Shown: positions 47,944 through 60,242 of the stretch, piece by piece | How positions within the stretch are numbered: position 1 is the first letter of the stretch | Layout of the letters: each line of letters starts with the position of its first letter | IMG/VR virus record: IMGVR_UViG_2841800567_000007 | Source of the DNA: an uncultured virus (IMG/VR IMGVR_UViG_2841800567_000007) | Lineage: Duplodnaviria > Heunggongvirae > Uroviricota > Caudoviricetes | Strand: one strand, 5' to 3' | DNA: 64,000 nt | Position numbers and translations under genes: made by a program | The notes under the pieces: generated by a model | What the model was told of the DNA's origin: nothing | What the model saw: the letters and a program-made list of their open reading frames with translations, nothing else | Database searches by the model: none

Positions 47944-49950
47944 TTACAGGCTGTGCAGGTTAGTCAGACCATGTTGTTCAAGAATGGCGCAAAGATTTGT
48001 TTTAGCAACGTTATTTTCAAATGCGTTATCAAGGAAATAGCAGACCGTATCTTTGCCAGCCTTCAAACTCTTATGCCAGTCGATGATCCCCCCGGTCAGT
48101 TCTTCGACTGAAGATGCAGAGATTTGATTAGCAAAGCAGGTAAACAATTTGCCAGCGTCAACACAAGAAACGGTCAACTCATCAAATTGTCGGGTTTCAA
48201 TGTTTACACTCAGGTCAATGCCACGCTTAAGCATTAACTCTGTAAGCAAATCTTCTTCACTACGGTCTTCAAGGATTGGGCTTACATAGGCATCAAGCTG
48301 TTCAGAGAGGGTTTCTGCTGTGGCTTCCCACGGTCGGATGTTAGATGTATCAAGTTTGAATACGCGAAAACCAATATCTCCATACCATTCTGGATTATCT
48401 TTACGAACTTTTTTACCTGCACGGCGAAGGCGTTCTTTTGTTATTTCAGCAATATTTTTAGATATATTCATGCGTTCACAAAAATCATAAGCTATTTCAT
48501 GTTCTTTATTTTTTTGATTAAATAGCTCGGGTAGTTGAACTAAAATAAATCGGCGACTAGCATCATCGTTTGCATTTTGTAAAAAAACCGAATGCCCAGA
48601 TGTTCCTGAACCAGCAAAAAAATCAACAATCAAATCATCAGTATTGGTTAAATAACCAATCAATGATTTAATATCATTGACAGGTTTAGGATGAGAGAAA
48701 ACTCTTTCCCCGTCAAATAATGTTGAAAACTCATTAGCAGCAGTTTGAGCGTAACTATAATGAACAGAAGTCATTACTTGATCACTATTTTCAAAAAGAT
48801 TAGTTCGTATTCTGGGGACTGTATTTTCATCATCTCCAAATACAATCTTACCTTTTTCATACTCTTCCCAAAAACGAACTTCTGTAGGGTATCTCCAACC
48901 ACTGGTTGGTAATTTACATGCTTTTCCGGTTTTTGGATGGATTATCTCGTACGTGGGACCATTTCCGCCGGGCCAGTTAATATTTCCATCATCTCTATAA
49001 GGGCCTTTTTCATCTATTTTTGTAAATCTTTTAAGAGGTGCTTTTGGATCATCTTTAGGAATTGATTTATAGTACTCAAAAATGTCTCCCTTAATCAGTT
49101 CCCAATTATCACCATGCTTTAACTTTGAATTGTTAAATAAATCTTGGAGATAATCAACGCCTTCTTTGGCTCCCCTGAAGATGATTTCATTTTCAGTTAA
49201 GTAAGACTCATTTCGGGCATAAACTAACATGTATTCATGTCCGACAGAAAAGTATTTAGCGTCGTTTTTTCTATTTCTATCCCAAACTAATGTCGCTAAA
49301 TTATTCTCTCCTCCAAATATTTCATCAAGAATGATTTTGAGATTATTTAGCTCCGAGTCATCAATGCTTATTATGATAACGCCATCATTTCTAAGTAAAT
49401 TTTTCGCAAGTTTTAACCGAGGGTAGATCATATTTAACCAGTCAGTATGATAACGTCCGCTGGTTTCAGTATTTGTGCTTAAACGCGTTCCTTCTTCTGT
49501 TTGTCCTGTGATTTCAAGATAATTTTTCATATTATCTTGGAAGTTATCAGAATAAACAAAATCTTTCCCGGTGTTATAAGGCGGATCGATGTAAATAAGC
49601 TTAACTTTTCCCGCGTAGCTTTTTTGTAGAAGCTTTAACACTTCAAGGTTATCTCCCTCGATCATCAGATTCTTGGTGTTATCCCAATCAACGCTTTCAT
49701 CTTTACATGGGCGTAAGGTGCCACGGGAAGGGGTAAGAGCAAGCTGACGGGCCTGACGCTTACCATGCCAGTTCAGGCCATAGCGTTCTTCTTTTTCGTC
49801 TACATTTTCACCCAAAAGCTGTTTTAAAACGTCAAAATCAATGCCGTTTTCATTAAAGGCTTCAGGAAACAAAGAGTTAAGTTTGCTGATATTATCTTCA
49901 GTGATATTCATTGATTGTAGTTCTGTCATATCAGAAGTTATTTTTTTCAT
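47944..49950 (-). CDS. mod: Type III restriction-modification methyltransferase Mod
   Basis: IEGDNLEVLK, IYIDPPYNTG, HPKP, DFFAGSGT. Confidence 0.95.
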   Translation of the reverse strand: MKKITSDMTELQSMNITEDNISKLNSLFPEAFNENGIDFDVLKQLLGENVDEKEERYGLNWHGKRQARQLALTPSRGTLRPCKDESVDWDNTKNLMIEGDNLEVLKLLQKSYAGKVKLIYIDPPYNTGKDFVYSDNFQDNMKNYLEITGQTEEGTRLSTNTETSGRYHTDWLNMIYPRLKLAKNLLRNDGVIIISIDDSELNNLKIILDEIFGGENNLATLVWDRNRKNDAKYFSVGHEYMLVYARNESYLTENEIIFRGAKEGVDYLQDLFNNSKLKHGDNWELIKGDIFEYYKSIPKDDPKAPLKRFTKIDEKGPYRDDGNINWPGGNGPTYEIIHPKTGKACKLPTSGWRYPTEVRFWEEYEKGKIVFGDDENTVPRIRTNLFENSDQVMTSVHYSYAQTAANEFSTLFDGERVFSHPKPVNDIKSLIGYLTNTDDLIVDFFAGSGTSGHSVFLQNANDDASRRFILVQLPELFNQKNKEHEIAYDFCERMNISKNIAEITKERLRRAGKKVRKDNPEWYGDIGFRVFKLDTSNIRPWEATAETLSEQLDAYVSPILEDRSEEDLLTELMLKRGIDLSVNIETRQFDELTVSCVDAGKLFTCFANQISASSVEELTGGIIDWHKSLKAGKDTVCYFLDNAFENNVAKTNLCAILEQHGLTNLHSL

Positions 49951-50129
49951 AAAAAGTATCCGTCATGAGGTCACGGGAAAGCAGTGTCCGAAATTGGTAA
50001 GCATTTTACGGTATGAAGTGATAGCCATCAACCAGTGGTGGTTATTCAAATACATTCAAAACAAAGGGTTACATGCGGTTATGTGATGGGTTATCAAGCA
50101 GTTAGCCGTAATTTTCTAACTCAAAGTGT

Positions 50130-51401
50130 TCACCTCTGGGCAAACTCAAACGGTCTGACCATACCGTTGATGTTGGCATCAAGGAAATCAGCCTACCACT
50201 GCAACATCAGGCGGCGCTGGTCAGGGTGCCTGGCTTTATGGGTATAAGCTGCACGGACACTGTTGCTTTCCTTATGGCTCATCTGAAGCTCTACAGCGTC
50301 TTCTGACCATAGCCCGGACTCAATTAAGGCAACTACATCCAGTGTGCGGAAACCGTGTCCACAGATGTCCTGCTTCGTGTCATAGCCCATATTGCGAAGC
50401 GCTTTGTTGATGGTGTTTTCACTCATGGGCTTAAACGAGTCATAACAGCCAGTAAAGATTAATCCGTCATCATGACCTTCTTCATAAGTCAGTTGTCGGA
50501 TCTCTTTCAATATCTTCATGGCCTGCTTACAAAGGGGAACGAAGTGCTTACGCTTCATTTTGGCCCCACGAGTCGAATGTTTGACGTTTTCAATTGCTTC
50601 CCGCTGTTCGGGTATCACCCATAACTTACTTTTGACATCAATTTCAGACCAGCGAGCGAAACGTAGTTCACTGGAGCGAATGAAAATCATCAGATTGAGC
50701 TGAATAGCCAGTATGGTTAACCTGCGACCTTTGTATCCGGCAATTTTTTTCAGTAGTTGGGGTATTTCTTCCAGTTCCAGCGCAGGGCGGTGTTCAGTAT
50801 GAGGTTTCTGAACAGCACCTTCCATATCATAGGCTGGGTTATGGCGTATCAGTTTTTGCTGTACGGCATGACGGAGGATCGCGGTAATATATTGCTGAAT
50901 GCGCATGGCGACTTCAAGATAACCAAGAGCCTCCACCTTTTTCACCGGAACCGGCAGATTACCCGTATCCAGTTCGGCAACATCTTTATCTCCAGTCGCC
51001 GGGAAGACATAGGTTTCAAGGCGCTTCCATACGGAATCACCATAATCTTCTGACCATTTTGTTTTCGTGGAGAACCAAGCTTTAGCTACAATACTGAAAG
51101 AGCGTGTCTTATCACGCTTGGCCTTTAGTTCTTTAACTTCGGCTTGTTTCCTGGCGTTAGGATCAATGCCCTGAGCAAGAAGCCTTCTGGCCTCATCACG
51201 CCGTTGTCTCGCATCAGCAAGTGAAACAGCAGGGTAAACACCGATAGAGAAGAGTTTTTGCTTCCCTTCAAAACGGTAGGCCATTTGCCAGTATTTCGAA
51301 CCTTTAGGGATTACACGAAGGAACATACCAAAGCCATCAGTTAGCTTGTATTCCTTCTCGAGGGGTTTTGCATTTTTTGCTTTACTATCAGTCAGTGACA
51401 T
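50130..51401 (-). pseudogene. P4-type integrase with a late nonsense codon (TAG at 50193-50195)
   Basis: KLTDGFG arm domain, R..E, HGFR, SH, AAY motifs; the frame continues ADFLDAN...AQR to 50130. Confidence 0.85.
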
Positions 51402-51578
51402 GCCCTCCCCTCGTTTGTTGGTAAAAGCGCAATCGAACTACCATTACCAACATATTTACCAGCAAATGGGTATGGCTTCGAGTGGTTTTTGGTGAACGAG
51501 GGTGAATGACTGAAGAGAGATAACCAACGGATAGAAATGAAAAAAGCAGACGTTAGTGAACGTCTGCTTTCTTGAATA

Positions 51579-51654
51579 TGGCTCCTCTGACTGGACTCGA
51601 ACCAGTGACATACGGATTAACAGTCCGCCGTTCTACCGACTGAACTACAGAGGA
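51579..51654 (-). tRNA. tRNA-Asn(GTT)
   Basis: 76-nt TCCTCTGTAGTTCAG...CTGTTAAT...GGTTCGAGTCC...GAGGAGCCA. Confidence 0.98.
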
Positions 51655-52014
51655 ATTGCGTTGATGTGCGCATAATAACGGTAGTTTTTAGTGCTGTCAA
51701 CCCCGTAAAAACGTTAGCATTCAATTGCCTATCTTTAAAACATTACTGGGTAAATAGTGAGCATAAGAATGTTTATTACTTTGCTTTCCGGCAGGCCAGA
51801 ACAATTAACGTTATGTTTCAAATGGCAGCATCCTGTACTAATAAGCACGGAATGCCGCAACTTATCATTATGCTTTAATGACTTAAGAAAAATGGCAGGT
51901 GAGTTTGCAATCCAGAAGGAGAACGTGGACCTGCCACACAGGCTTTATTTTAAAGCCTGTGTCCTGTCACATCTTTCAGGTAACAGGGTCGTTTTCACAC
52001 CCGGGCGAATTCAA

Positions 52015-52602
52015 TTACCCATACCCACGGATTGACTTCCCAACTGGTTCCCCCGTATTGCTGCGCCCAGTGCTGGCGGTAAGCTTCTTTCGGGCACGGG
52101 GCTGTATACCTTCTGCAGCGATATCATCATTGCTAATCTCTTGTATCCTTTCCAGACGAATATCACAAATCTGCAGATTTATCCGGCTGGCCCAGCGAGG
52201 CATATGAATACCGGCCTGCCAGCCAAATTGCTCCTCGTCATTGGGGTCAAACTGGTTGCTGTCAGCACGATATTGGCAATAGCTGGCTGATTTAAACCGT
52301 GACGGTGTACGCTCATATTCTGTTATGTCCTGCTGAGAGATCATTGGCCCACGCCAGGTTTCTCTGACCCAGAGACGATCGCCCGGTTGCCCATAGGGAC
52401 AGTGGTTATAGATATTTCCCATATCAATTACACGGTTGCCCAGTAACTGATTATTCAGCACGTCAATACCATAGCAACCTTCGTGATTATCGTGGCCGGG
52501 ACCAAAAAGTTGTGACTTCATGATACGCCGGGTTTGACTCTGTTGTCCTGAGAGCAGCGCTCGCACCCGTTGGCTGTTAAATAGAATCGGGCGCTATTTC
52601 AT
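52015..52602 (-). pseudogene. ASCH-like/phage-related protein, disrupted
   Basis: MK*RPILFN start with nonsense codon; CPYGQPGDRLWVRETW, IHMPRWASRI; frameshifted 3' end. Confidence 0.7.
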
Positions 52603-53339
52603 GTTAAAACCTCTGTTACTTTTTTAATGGTGATGTTTTTAGTCTCAGAGCCAGCGCGGGCTGGAGTGTTTCATTACCATACTGCTGTTGAACTTATCTG
52701 GCTTAGTATGGACCTGCCCGGGCTGGCTAATAACCATCAGGAGAGTATGAGATTATCCAGAAAAATATCATGAGTTCGGATGGCAGTCTGATTAATAGAA
52801 TCAGCAAATTTGATTTAAACGATTTAAGGTCTCATAAACATTTAAATGAATCGCATAAAAAAGCCTGTGCTAATTTAATTACATTCGGTGCGCCATTTTC
52901 TAACATTCTCAATATTTCATGGTAATTAAATCTCGTAAAAGCGGGTATGCCAGTATTTACAATAAATTACAAATATGAAGTGCAGGCCAACGGCCGTCTT
53001 TTTTGACGTGTACACGTGACAGATTAATCCCCGGCGTCCCGCAGGCGGGTGAGCGCAGCCGTATCGTGGCGGTGCTCCAGTATGGCGCTGGCTACCATTG
53101 CCGGAGGTGGGTCCATGGGTTTGAGCATCTTCATCCAGTCCCATTCACGCTGTGAAAGCTTGTCCGCGGCAACGGAGAGCAGGATGGTATCGATGCTTTT
53201 ACGGGTCATCATGGGGAAGACTCTGAGCAAAATATGTAGTCAGATCATACATATTCAAATCACTGTGTGACAACTCAGAGTCAGGCAGATGGCGCAGTTT
53301 TCAGTTCGCGGCCGGCCGGCTGCCCTGTTCATACAATAC

Positions 53340-53705
53340 AGCAAGATTATCAGCTTTATCTGGCCATCAACGATATCGGCCATACAAAAACGAAGGCGAT
53401 GTCCCCGCAGACCAACGGTATTTGCGGGCGGTTCCATAAAACCATTTTGCAGGAATTTTATCAGGTTGCGTGCCGCAAGACGTTATACGGGGGCCTGGAA
53501 AACCTGCGGTCAGATCCGGATAAGTGGTTGTGGCATGACAATAATGAGCGAACTCATCAGGGAAAAATGTGCTGCGGGCGAACACCGATGGCCAGGTTAC
53601 CTGATGGAAAACGGGTCCGGGCAGAAAAGGAGCTGAACCAGATGTAATCTGACAGACACCTGTATAAATAACCGGTAACTGTCAGATCAGGTCTGAGCGG
53701 GTACA
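53340..53705 (+). mobile_element. IS481 3' remnant
   Basis: Colinear with 21780-22145 including the right end. Confidence 0.9.
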
Positions 53706-53790
53706 TTTTACCGCCTCAAAATTACCACCAATCCGGTAAAATCAACTGACTTTTGCCTTGCTCAATCGGGCAAGGCACCTTCAGCATGGC

Positions 53791-54447
53791 CTATTTTTGT
53801 TCATCACCGTAGTAAAGCTTCCCTAGCTTTATTAAAGGTCGTCCCTGACTTTTACGATGCAGGTTGGTGTCGCGCAGAGAATAAACGCAGCCACAGTATT
53901 CCTGCTGATAAAACCGCTCACGTTTACTGATTTCCACCATCCGCGCGGAACCGCCATTTTTGCGCCAGTTGAAATCCCAGTAGCTGAGTCCCGGATACGG
54001 TGATGTTGCCCGAATGCCGCACTCATTAATCTGCTGCATGTTTTTCCAGCGTGAAATGCCAAGGCAGCTGGTCATCACCGGGAAACCGTGTTCATGCGCA
54101 TACAGTGCGGTGCGTTCGAAACGCATGTCAAAACACATTGTACAACGAACCCCACGCTCCGGCTCCCATTCCATACCTTTTGCGCGCTCAAACCAGTTAT
54201 CGGTATCGTAATCGGCATCAACGAAGGGCACGTTATGCTTTTCGGCAAAGCGAATATTTTCTTCTTTGCGCAGCATGTACTCTTTTTGCGGGTGGATGTT
54301 TGGGTTGTAGAAAAAAATCGTGTATTCAATACCCCCAGCCTGGATAGCCTCCATCACTTCACCGGAGCAGGGTGCACAGCAGGAATGGAGCAGTAATTTA
54401 TCGGCCCCGCCAGGCAGGGTGAGCAGTGGACGTGAGATTTCGCTCAT
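53791..54447 (-). CDS. queH: Epoxyqueuosine reductase QueH (DUF208)
   Basis: [32 protein letters not shown]. Confidence 0.93.
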   Translation of the reverse strand: MSEISRPLLTLPGGADKLLLHSCCAPCSGEVMEAIQAGGIEYTIFFYNPNIHPQKEYMLRKEENIRFAEKHNVPFVDADYDTDNWFERAKGMEWEPERGVRCTMCFDMRFERTALYAHEHGFPVMTSCLGISRWKNMQQINECGIRATSPYPGLSYWDFNWRKNGGSARMVEISKRERFYQQEYCGCVYSLRDTNLHRKSQGRPLIKLGKLYYGDEQK

Positions 54448-54609
54448 GGCGTCAGATTCCATTAATCAGTTAAAACCGGGACAGTGTAAGAGGCGCGGAA
54501 GCCATTGTCACGGCAAGGATAACGCAATGGTTATGCCAACCCGCGAGTAGAACGCCTGGCACAACAGAAATGAGATGATAGACTACATCGGTCTATTTCT
54601 GATAACCGG

Positions 54610-56025
54610 ATGATTATGAGCGAGTTAAAGCACATTGCCGTACCGCCAGCCAATATGATTAATCAACAGGAGACGCGTTCTGAACAGCATCACCAGCTGA
54701 TGTTACAGGTGCTGGAAATCTATGATGCGAAAACGGTTGCTGCGATGCTCTCAGAGGTAAGCGGGTGTAAATGGAATCGTGAAACAGTAAATCGCTGGCT
54801 GAAAGAAGACGCGATCCCGGAGCGGTTGACCCAACAAGAGATGCGTTCGCTAAAAAACCTGTTGCCTGCTCCACCAGCGTATCATCCGCATTATGCTTTT
54901 CGTTTTATCGATCTTTTTGCCGGTATTGGCGGTATTCGCAGTGGTTTTGATGCGATCGGTGGTCAATGCGTATTTACCAGCGAATGGAACAAATATTCTC
55001 TGAAAACCTATCGGGCGAATTGGTATTGCGACCCAGACACTCACATTTTTAATAGTGATATTCGTGACGTTACCCTGAGCAACAATCCTGCAATTGATGA
55101 GCAGCAAGCCTATCATCACATCCAGCAGGGGATTCCCGATCATGATGTGCTGCTGGCAGGTTTTCCCTGCCAGCCGTTTTCTCTGGCAGGCGTGTCAAAA
55201 AAAAATGCGCTGGGTCGTGCGCATGGTTTTGAATGTGAAGCACAGGGTACGCTGTTTTTTGATGTCGCGCGGATTATTACCGCGAAAAAACCGGCAATCT
55301 TCGTCCTTGAAAACGTGAAAAATCTTAAGAGTCACGATCGGGGAAAAACGTTCCGTGTCATCATGGATACCCTTGGTGAACTCGGATACGACGTGGCGGA
55401 TGCCAATCATCACGGTACGCCAGACCCAAAAATCATCGAGGGGAAATATTTTCTGCCGCAGCATCGTGAGCGCATTGTGCTGGTGGGTTTTCGCCGTGAT
55501 TTGCAACTGCCGACATTCAGTCTGAGCGCGCTTGCCGGTTTGTATCCGCAGCAACGCATACCGCTACGGGATTTGCTTGAGCCAGCGGTGGAAGAGAAAT
55601 ATATCCTCACGCCGACGCTATGGAAGTACCTTTATAGCTATGCAAAAAAGCATCAGGCAAAAGGCAATGGTTTTGGCTATGGCCTGGTGGACCCCCAAAA
55701 AGAAAATAGTGTTGCGCGCACGCTGTCAGCCCGCTATTACAAAGATGGCTCGGAAATTTTGATTGACCGCGGGTGGGATCGGGCTCTGGGTGAAGCTGAC
55801 TTTGATAATCCACAAAATCAGCAAAGACGACCTCGCCGCCTGACGCCAAAAGAGTGCGCACGTTTAATGGGCTTTGAAACTCCAGGCGGCATTCCTTTTC
55901 GCATTCCGGTTTCTGATACTCAGGCATATCGTCAGTTTGGCAATTCTGTTGTCGTCCCTGCATTTGCCGCTGTGGCAACGCTTTTACGCCCATGGATTGA
56001 GCAAGCGGTGCGCGCGCGTCAATAA
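54610..56025 (+). CDS. dcm: DNA cytosine methyltransferase Dcm
   Basis: [45 protein letters not shown]. Confidence 0.95.
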   Translation: MIMSELKHIAVPPANMINQQETRSEQHHQLMLQVLEIYDAKTVAAMLSEVSGCKWNRETVNRWLKEDAIPERLTQQEMRSLKNLLPAPPAYHPHYAFRFIDLFAGIGGIRSGFDAIGGQCVFTSEWNKYSLKTYRANWYCDPDTHIFNSDIRDVTLSNNPAIDEQQAYHHIQQGIPDHDVLLAGFPCQPFSLAGVSKKNALGRAHGFECEAQGTLFFDVARIITAKKPAIFVLENVKNLKSHDRGKTFRVIMDTLGELGYDVADANHHGTPDPKIIEGKYFLPQHRERIVLVGFRRDLQLPTFSLSALAGLYPQQRIPLRDLLEPAVEEKYILTPTLWKYLYSYAKKHQAKGNGFGYGLVDPQKENSVARTLSARYYKDGSEILIDRGWDRALGEADFDNPQNQQRRPRRLTPKECARLMGFETPGGIPFRIPVSDTQAYRQFGNSVVVPAFAAVATLLRPWIEQAVRARQ

Positions 56026-56146
56026 AATCAGGCTAAAACCTTTGGGCAACGTTATCCAGATGCAGAACGGGATGGGCGCGTTTTTATCCGAATAATCCTT
56101 GGTCTGGTATGTCGCGGCACTATACTTAGCCAAAAAGGATGATGAT

Positions 56147-56617
56147 ATGGCTGATGTACATTCTTCTGCCACTCGTAGTAAAAACATGCGTGCCATTCGT
56201 ACCCGCGATACCGCTATTGAAAATCGACTGGCGGCATTGCTGGCGGCGCTGGGCTTCAGCTATGGTGCCCAGGATAAGGCGCTGCCGGGCACGCCGGATT
56301 TTGTGCTGACACAATATCAGAGCGTTATTTTTGCGCATGGCTGTTTCTGGCATCACCATAACTGTCATCTGTTCAAAGTGCCGGCAACGCGCACAGATTT
56401 CTGGATGAATAAAATTGACGGTAATGTTGCGCGGGATCGGTGTGATATGGCTGCGCTCAGTGCGGCAGGTTGGAAAGTGCTGGTAGTATGGGAATGTGCC
56501 CTGCGGGGCAAAATGCGCCTTAATGAGGCTGAAATGAGCACAAGGATTGAAGAGTGGGTTTGTGCCGGAGAGGGCAATAGTGAAATCGATTGTGCGGGCA
56601 TAAGGCAGCGTCTGTAA
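56147..56617 (+). CDS. vsr: Very short patch repair endonuclease
   Basis: MADVH...RSKNMRAI, LPGTPD, HGCFWH, VWECA; follows dcm. Confidence 0.95.
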   Translation: MADVHSSATRSKNMRAIRTRDTAIENRLAALLAALGFSYGAQDKALPGTPDFVLTQYQSVIFAHGCFWHHHNCHLFKVPATRTDFWMNKIDGNVARDRCDMAALSAAGWKVLVVWECALRGKMRLNEAEMSTRIEEWVCAGEGNSEIDCAGIRQRL

Positions 56618-56731
56618 GTGACCGTGCAGGCTGGGCCATCAGTGACTGAAACGGTATGATAATTTAACATTTTTACATATTACGTTCATAATTGTTCCAC
56701 TCCTCTTTTTACACTGAGGTGCCACGTAAGC

Positions 56732-57013
56732 ATGGCCAGCATCAAACTTACAGTCAGGCGGCTTTACAAAATCAGCGGTGAGCACATGGTAAGCACCGAG
56801 GCCGTTGCGCGCATTTACGTGGGTGACAAGCTGGTGGCAACCGAGGAGATTTCAGGTATGACCGAAAGTCCGGTTAGCAAGTACCTGCACCACAGTGAAG
56901 CTCAAGGGCAGTCGGTAACAGTGCAATGGCAGTGCAATGGCAGTGCGACGGCATTGCGGATATGGCAGTGGCAGAAATGCAGATATGCCCCTGCTGCCAA
57001 CATGATTAAGTAA
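56732..57013 (+). CDS. Hypothetical protein (possibly frameshifted at its 3' end)
   Basis: ORF with an RBS-like sequence; short tandem GGCAGTGCAAT repeats. Confidence 0.45.
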   Translation: MASIKLTVRRLYKISGEHMVSTEAVARIYVGDKLVATEEISGMTESPVSKYLHHSEAQGQSVTVQWQCNGSATALRIWQWQKCRYAPAANMIK

Positions 57014-57474
57014 AAGGAACACAATTTTGGCAGGAAGTAGTTTACTTACGTTACCTGATGACATTGCTACTTTACTGTATGATATTTCAGTCATGGGGAA
57101 AGTGGCGGTAAAGAAAACTGCCGATGTTCCTGGAGACGATCTGTCGTTTAACGCCCGACAGGTCAGCGGGGTGAACGCTAATCGTGAACTGCCGGTGGTA
57201 TGGGGGGCGAAAGGCTCCTTTCTGAATAAGTTGATTCTGGTACCGCTTGCTCTGGTGAACAGTGCTTTGGCCCCCCTGGGGAATTACGCCACTGCTGATG
57301 ATTGATGGGGCTTATCTTTGTTATGAGGGTATGGAAAAAGTGGTTCACAGCCTGCAAAGACAGGTTGCAGAAAACCGAGGAGGTGAGGTAGCAGCGACTG
57401 TACAATCTCGGTAACGAGCAGGCTGCCGCTTATGAAAAAAGAAAATCAAAGGTGTTGTTCGCACCGATTTCATT

Positions 57475-60242
57475 GACCCTGTACACGATTCTGTGTAAAT
57501 GCCTTTTCTCAGTAGTGGCCGTCCGGGCGGTCACCGAACCCGATAATAAAACGGCTCATCGCCATACGCCAGTCCCTCAGTGGCATCCTCCATTTCTGTG
57601 ATGCGGCCTGGATTGCCAGCCACACCTCCTTTTTCACTGCGTCGTCAGTCGGGAACACCTTCCGTTTCTTGATGGCATCCCGGATCACGCTGTTCAGCGG
57701 CTCGATGGCGCTGGTCGTGTCGAGCGTCTTGCGGATGTCTGCCGGGTAAGCGAAGAACGTCAACAGGCTGGCCCGGTTTGCCTGCCAGCTCCGGCTTATC
57801 TGCGGGTAGCGGCTGTCCCGGGCACCGGCGAACGCTTCCCGCGCCCGCTGATCTGCTTCTTCCGTGGTGGCCTGACAGATGGCTTTCAGGTCACGGGTGA
57901 CGGCTTTGTAGTCCTCCCAGGAGACGAACCGCAGACTGTTGCGCACCATATGCACGACGCACAGCTGGACGCGGGCCTGCGGATACACCGCGTTGATAGC
58001 GTCCGGGAAGCCCTTCAGACCATCAACACAGGCGATGAGGATATCGTTCAGGCCGCGATTTTTTAATTCGGTCAGCACATGGAGCCAGAACTTCGCGTCC
58101 TCGTTTTCGGCCAGCCACATACCCGGCAGTTCTTTCTGGCCTTCGATGTTGATACCCGGGGCAAGGAACACGGATTTATTGATGACGCGACTGTCCTGCC
58201 GGACCTTCAGGACGATACAGTCAGGGTAAACGATGGGACAAACGGCATCCAGTGGCCGGTTTTGCCATCCGGTGACCTGCTCCATGACGGCATCAGCTAC
58301 CTTTGAGACCCGCGCTGGCGAGACATCGGCGTCATACAGCTCTTTGAACGCGGACGCTATCTCGCGGGTGGTCATCCCTTTGGCGTACAACGATAAAATC
58401 GGGTTATCCATCCCGGTGATCCGGGTCTGGTTTTTCTTCACCCGTTGCGGTTCATGGTTAGGAAATTGAATCGCTTCTTTTTAGATCGCCTGACCATGAA
58501 AAGTGGCATGATCCTTTCCTGTGATGCCGGGAATCTACGTAGGGTTTGATGTAAAAATGTCATCTTCGACGTATTTTTAAACTGAAACCTGTTTTTCAGG
58601 CGCACCGATCCAGCTCAGGCATCCGCAGCCATCGTTTTTTCGCCATCTGATGCAGCCTGTCAGAGAGCATTTTTGTGGCGTGCTTACCCGCCACGGCGCC
58701 GGCAAAACGCAGCCGGCCTTTGCAGAGGATGCACTGGTACGGATCCGTGCCCAGGAAGCCCTTCATCAGCACCGCAAACCCGGGCCGCTTCGGTTTTTCC
58801 CGTTCCGTCATCGACAGCGCTTCCCAGACTTTCGGCAGCAGCGTACCCCGCTTGCGGTTGGACAGAAAGCCGGAGTAGCGCACCATCTTAAAATGCCGCG
58901 CCGGAACGTGGCTGATATAGCGCCCGATCATCTCTTCCTGACTCAGCGTCTGGCGTTTATGCTTCCCCGTGCGGTGATCGAGGTAATGGTGGACCACCGC
59001 GCCGCCGGCATAGTGTCGCAGCCGTGAAGCCGATACCGGCGGGCGCTTCAGGTAGCGTCCCAGGAACTTCACGCTGTGCCAGGCTCCCCGGGTCTTCTTC
59101 GCGAAGTGTACCTTCCAGTGCCGGCCATACTGTGCCTTCAGGTAACGCCGCCACTGGCGCTCATCGCGGATGTGGCCCAGGCCCGGCAGGGTGCCGGGAC
59201 TGACCCGCTCATAGCTGCCGCGCAGCAGGCGGGTAACGGCCCCCCGCCAGATTTCTTCAACGACCTTCTTTTTGAAGAAAAGGCTGCGCCAGACGCCGTG
59301 CTTTACGTCAAGTCCGCCACGGGTGACGGAAACGTGGATGTGCGGGTGCTGATTCAGCTGCCGGCCGTAAGTATGCAGGGCACAGAAGATACCGACCTCT
59401 ATGCCCTGCCGGCGTGCCCACTTCAGCATGGCCCGGGTGGCGCAGCGGAACAGGTCATTGAGCAGGGGCCAGTTGTTGTTGAAGAACGGCCACAACAGGT
59501 GGGGCATGGTAAAGGTGATGTGCTGCCATTCGCAGTCGGGGAGGACGTGCTGTTGCTCCGCGATCCACTGCTCGGTGGACTTCATGCCGCAGGCGCTGCA
59601 GGCCTTTGACTTGCAGCTCTGGCAGAAGAAACGGGAGTGTGTGCAGTCCGGCGAGGCGCAGCATTAGCGGCGGACGCCCATGGCGCAGGTGCCACAGGCG
59701 AGCATGCGCTCAACGGAGAGACGGGTCCACTGGCTGATGCTGTCGCCGTGTTTTTCGAGGTAGCGGTTCCAGCCGTCATCGACGGTGAAGAGGAGTTTGG
59801 CGGGGCGGGGGATATGCATGGTTGCAGAGTATAAAGCGGAGCGCCGGTCATGCAAACACCCGAAGCTGCGCAGCAGCGCCGCTCACGCCGCAGGCGTGCT
59901 ACGTTCAAAGGAGCCATCACGATCGCGCGGTGTACGCAGCTCCGGCGGGCCATCGCTGGTGGTCACTGTCTTTGTGGAATAGCCGTTGCAGGCGTTGGTC
60001 GCCGGTTCTGGCTGATTTTTATCGTCGCCGGGGTGACGGGTCATTTCGGCGTTGAGCGCCGCCCCGACACTGATTTTTTTCAGCAGGCGCTCAAACTGGC
60101 TGAGATCGTCAGGGGTTTTGAGATTTTTGTCCAGTTCGTTAGCCAGGGCCTGCGACTGTTTTTCGTCCATAAATTAACCTGCTTTTGATGCTGGATTGAA
60201 CATATCAAAATCAGGCAATTACACAAATCTATGTACAGGCTC
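57475..60242 (-). mobile_element. IS256-family element (transposase split: 59883-60170 and 57509-58450)
   Basis: Terminal IRs, 8-bp TSD ATTTCATT (57467-57474 and 60243-60250), PRDRDGSFE, DGLKGF, QLCVVH motifs. Confidence 0.93.
58454..59902 (-). mobile_element. IS91-family rolling-circle element nested in IS256; transposase pseudogene 58596-59819
   Basis: Cys-rich Zn domain, HPHIH HUH motif, GRYLKRPP; GAAC target at the junctions; stop at 59664-59666. Confidence 0.9.

Noticed and set aside
47944..49950. Phase-variable mod (phasevarion)
   Set aside because: No simple-sequence repeat tract seen; only short homopolymers
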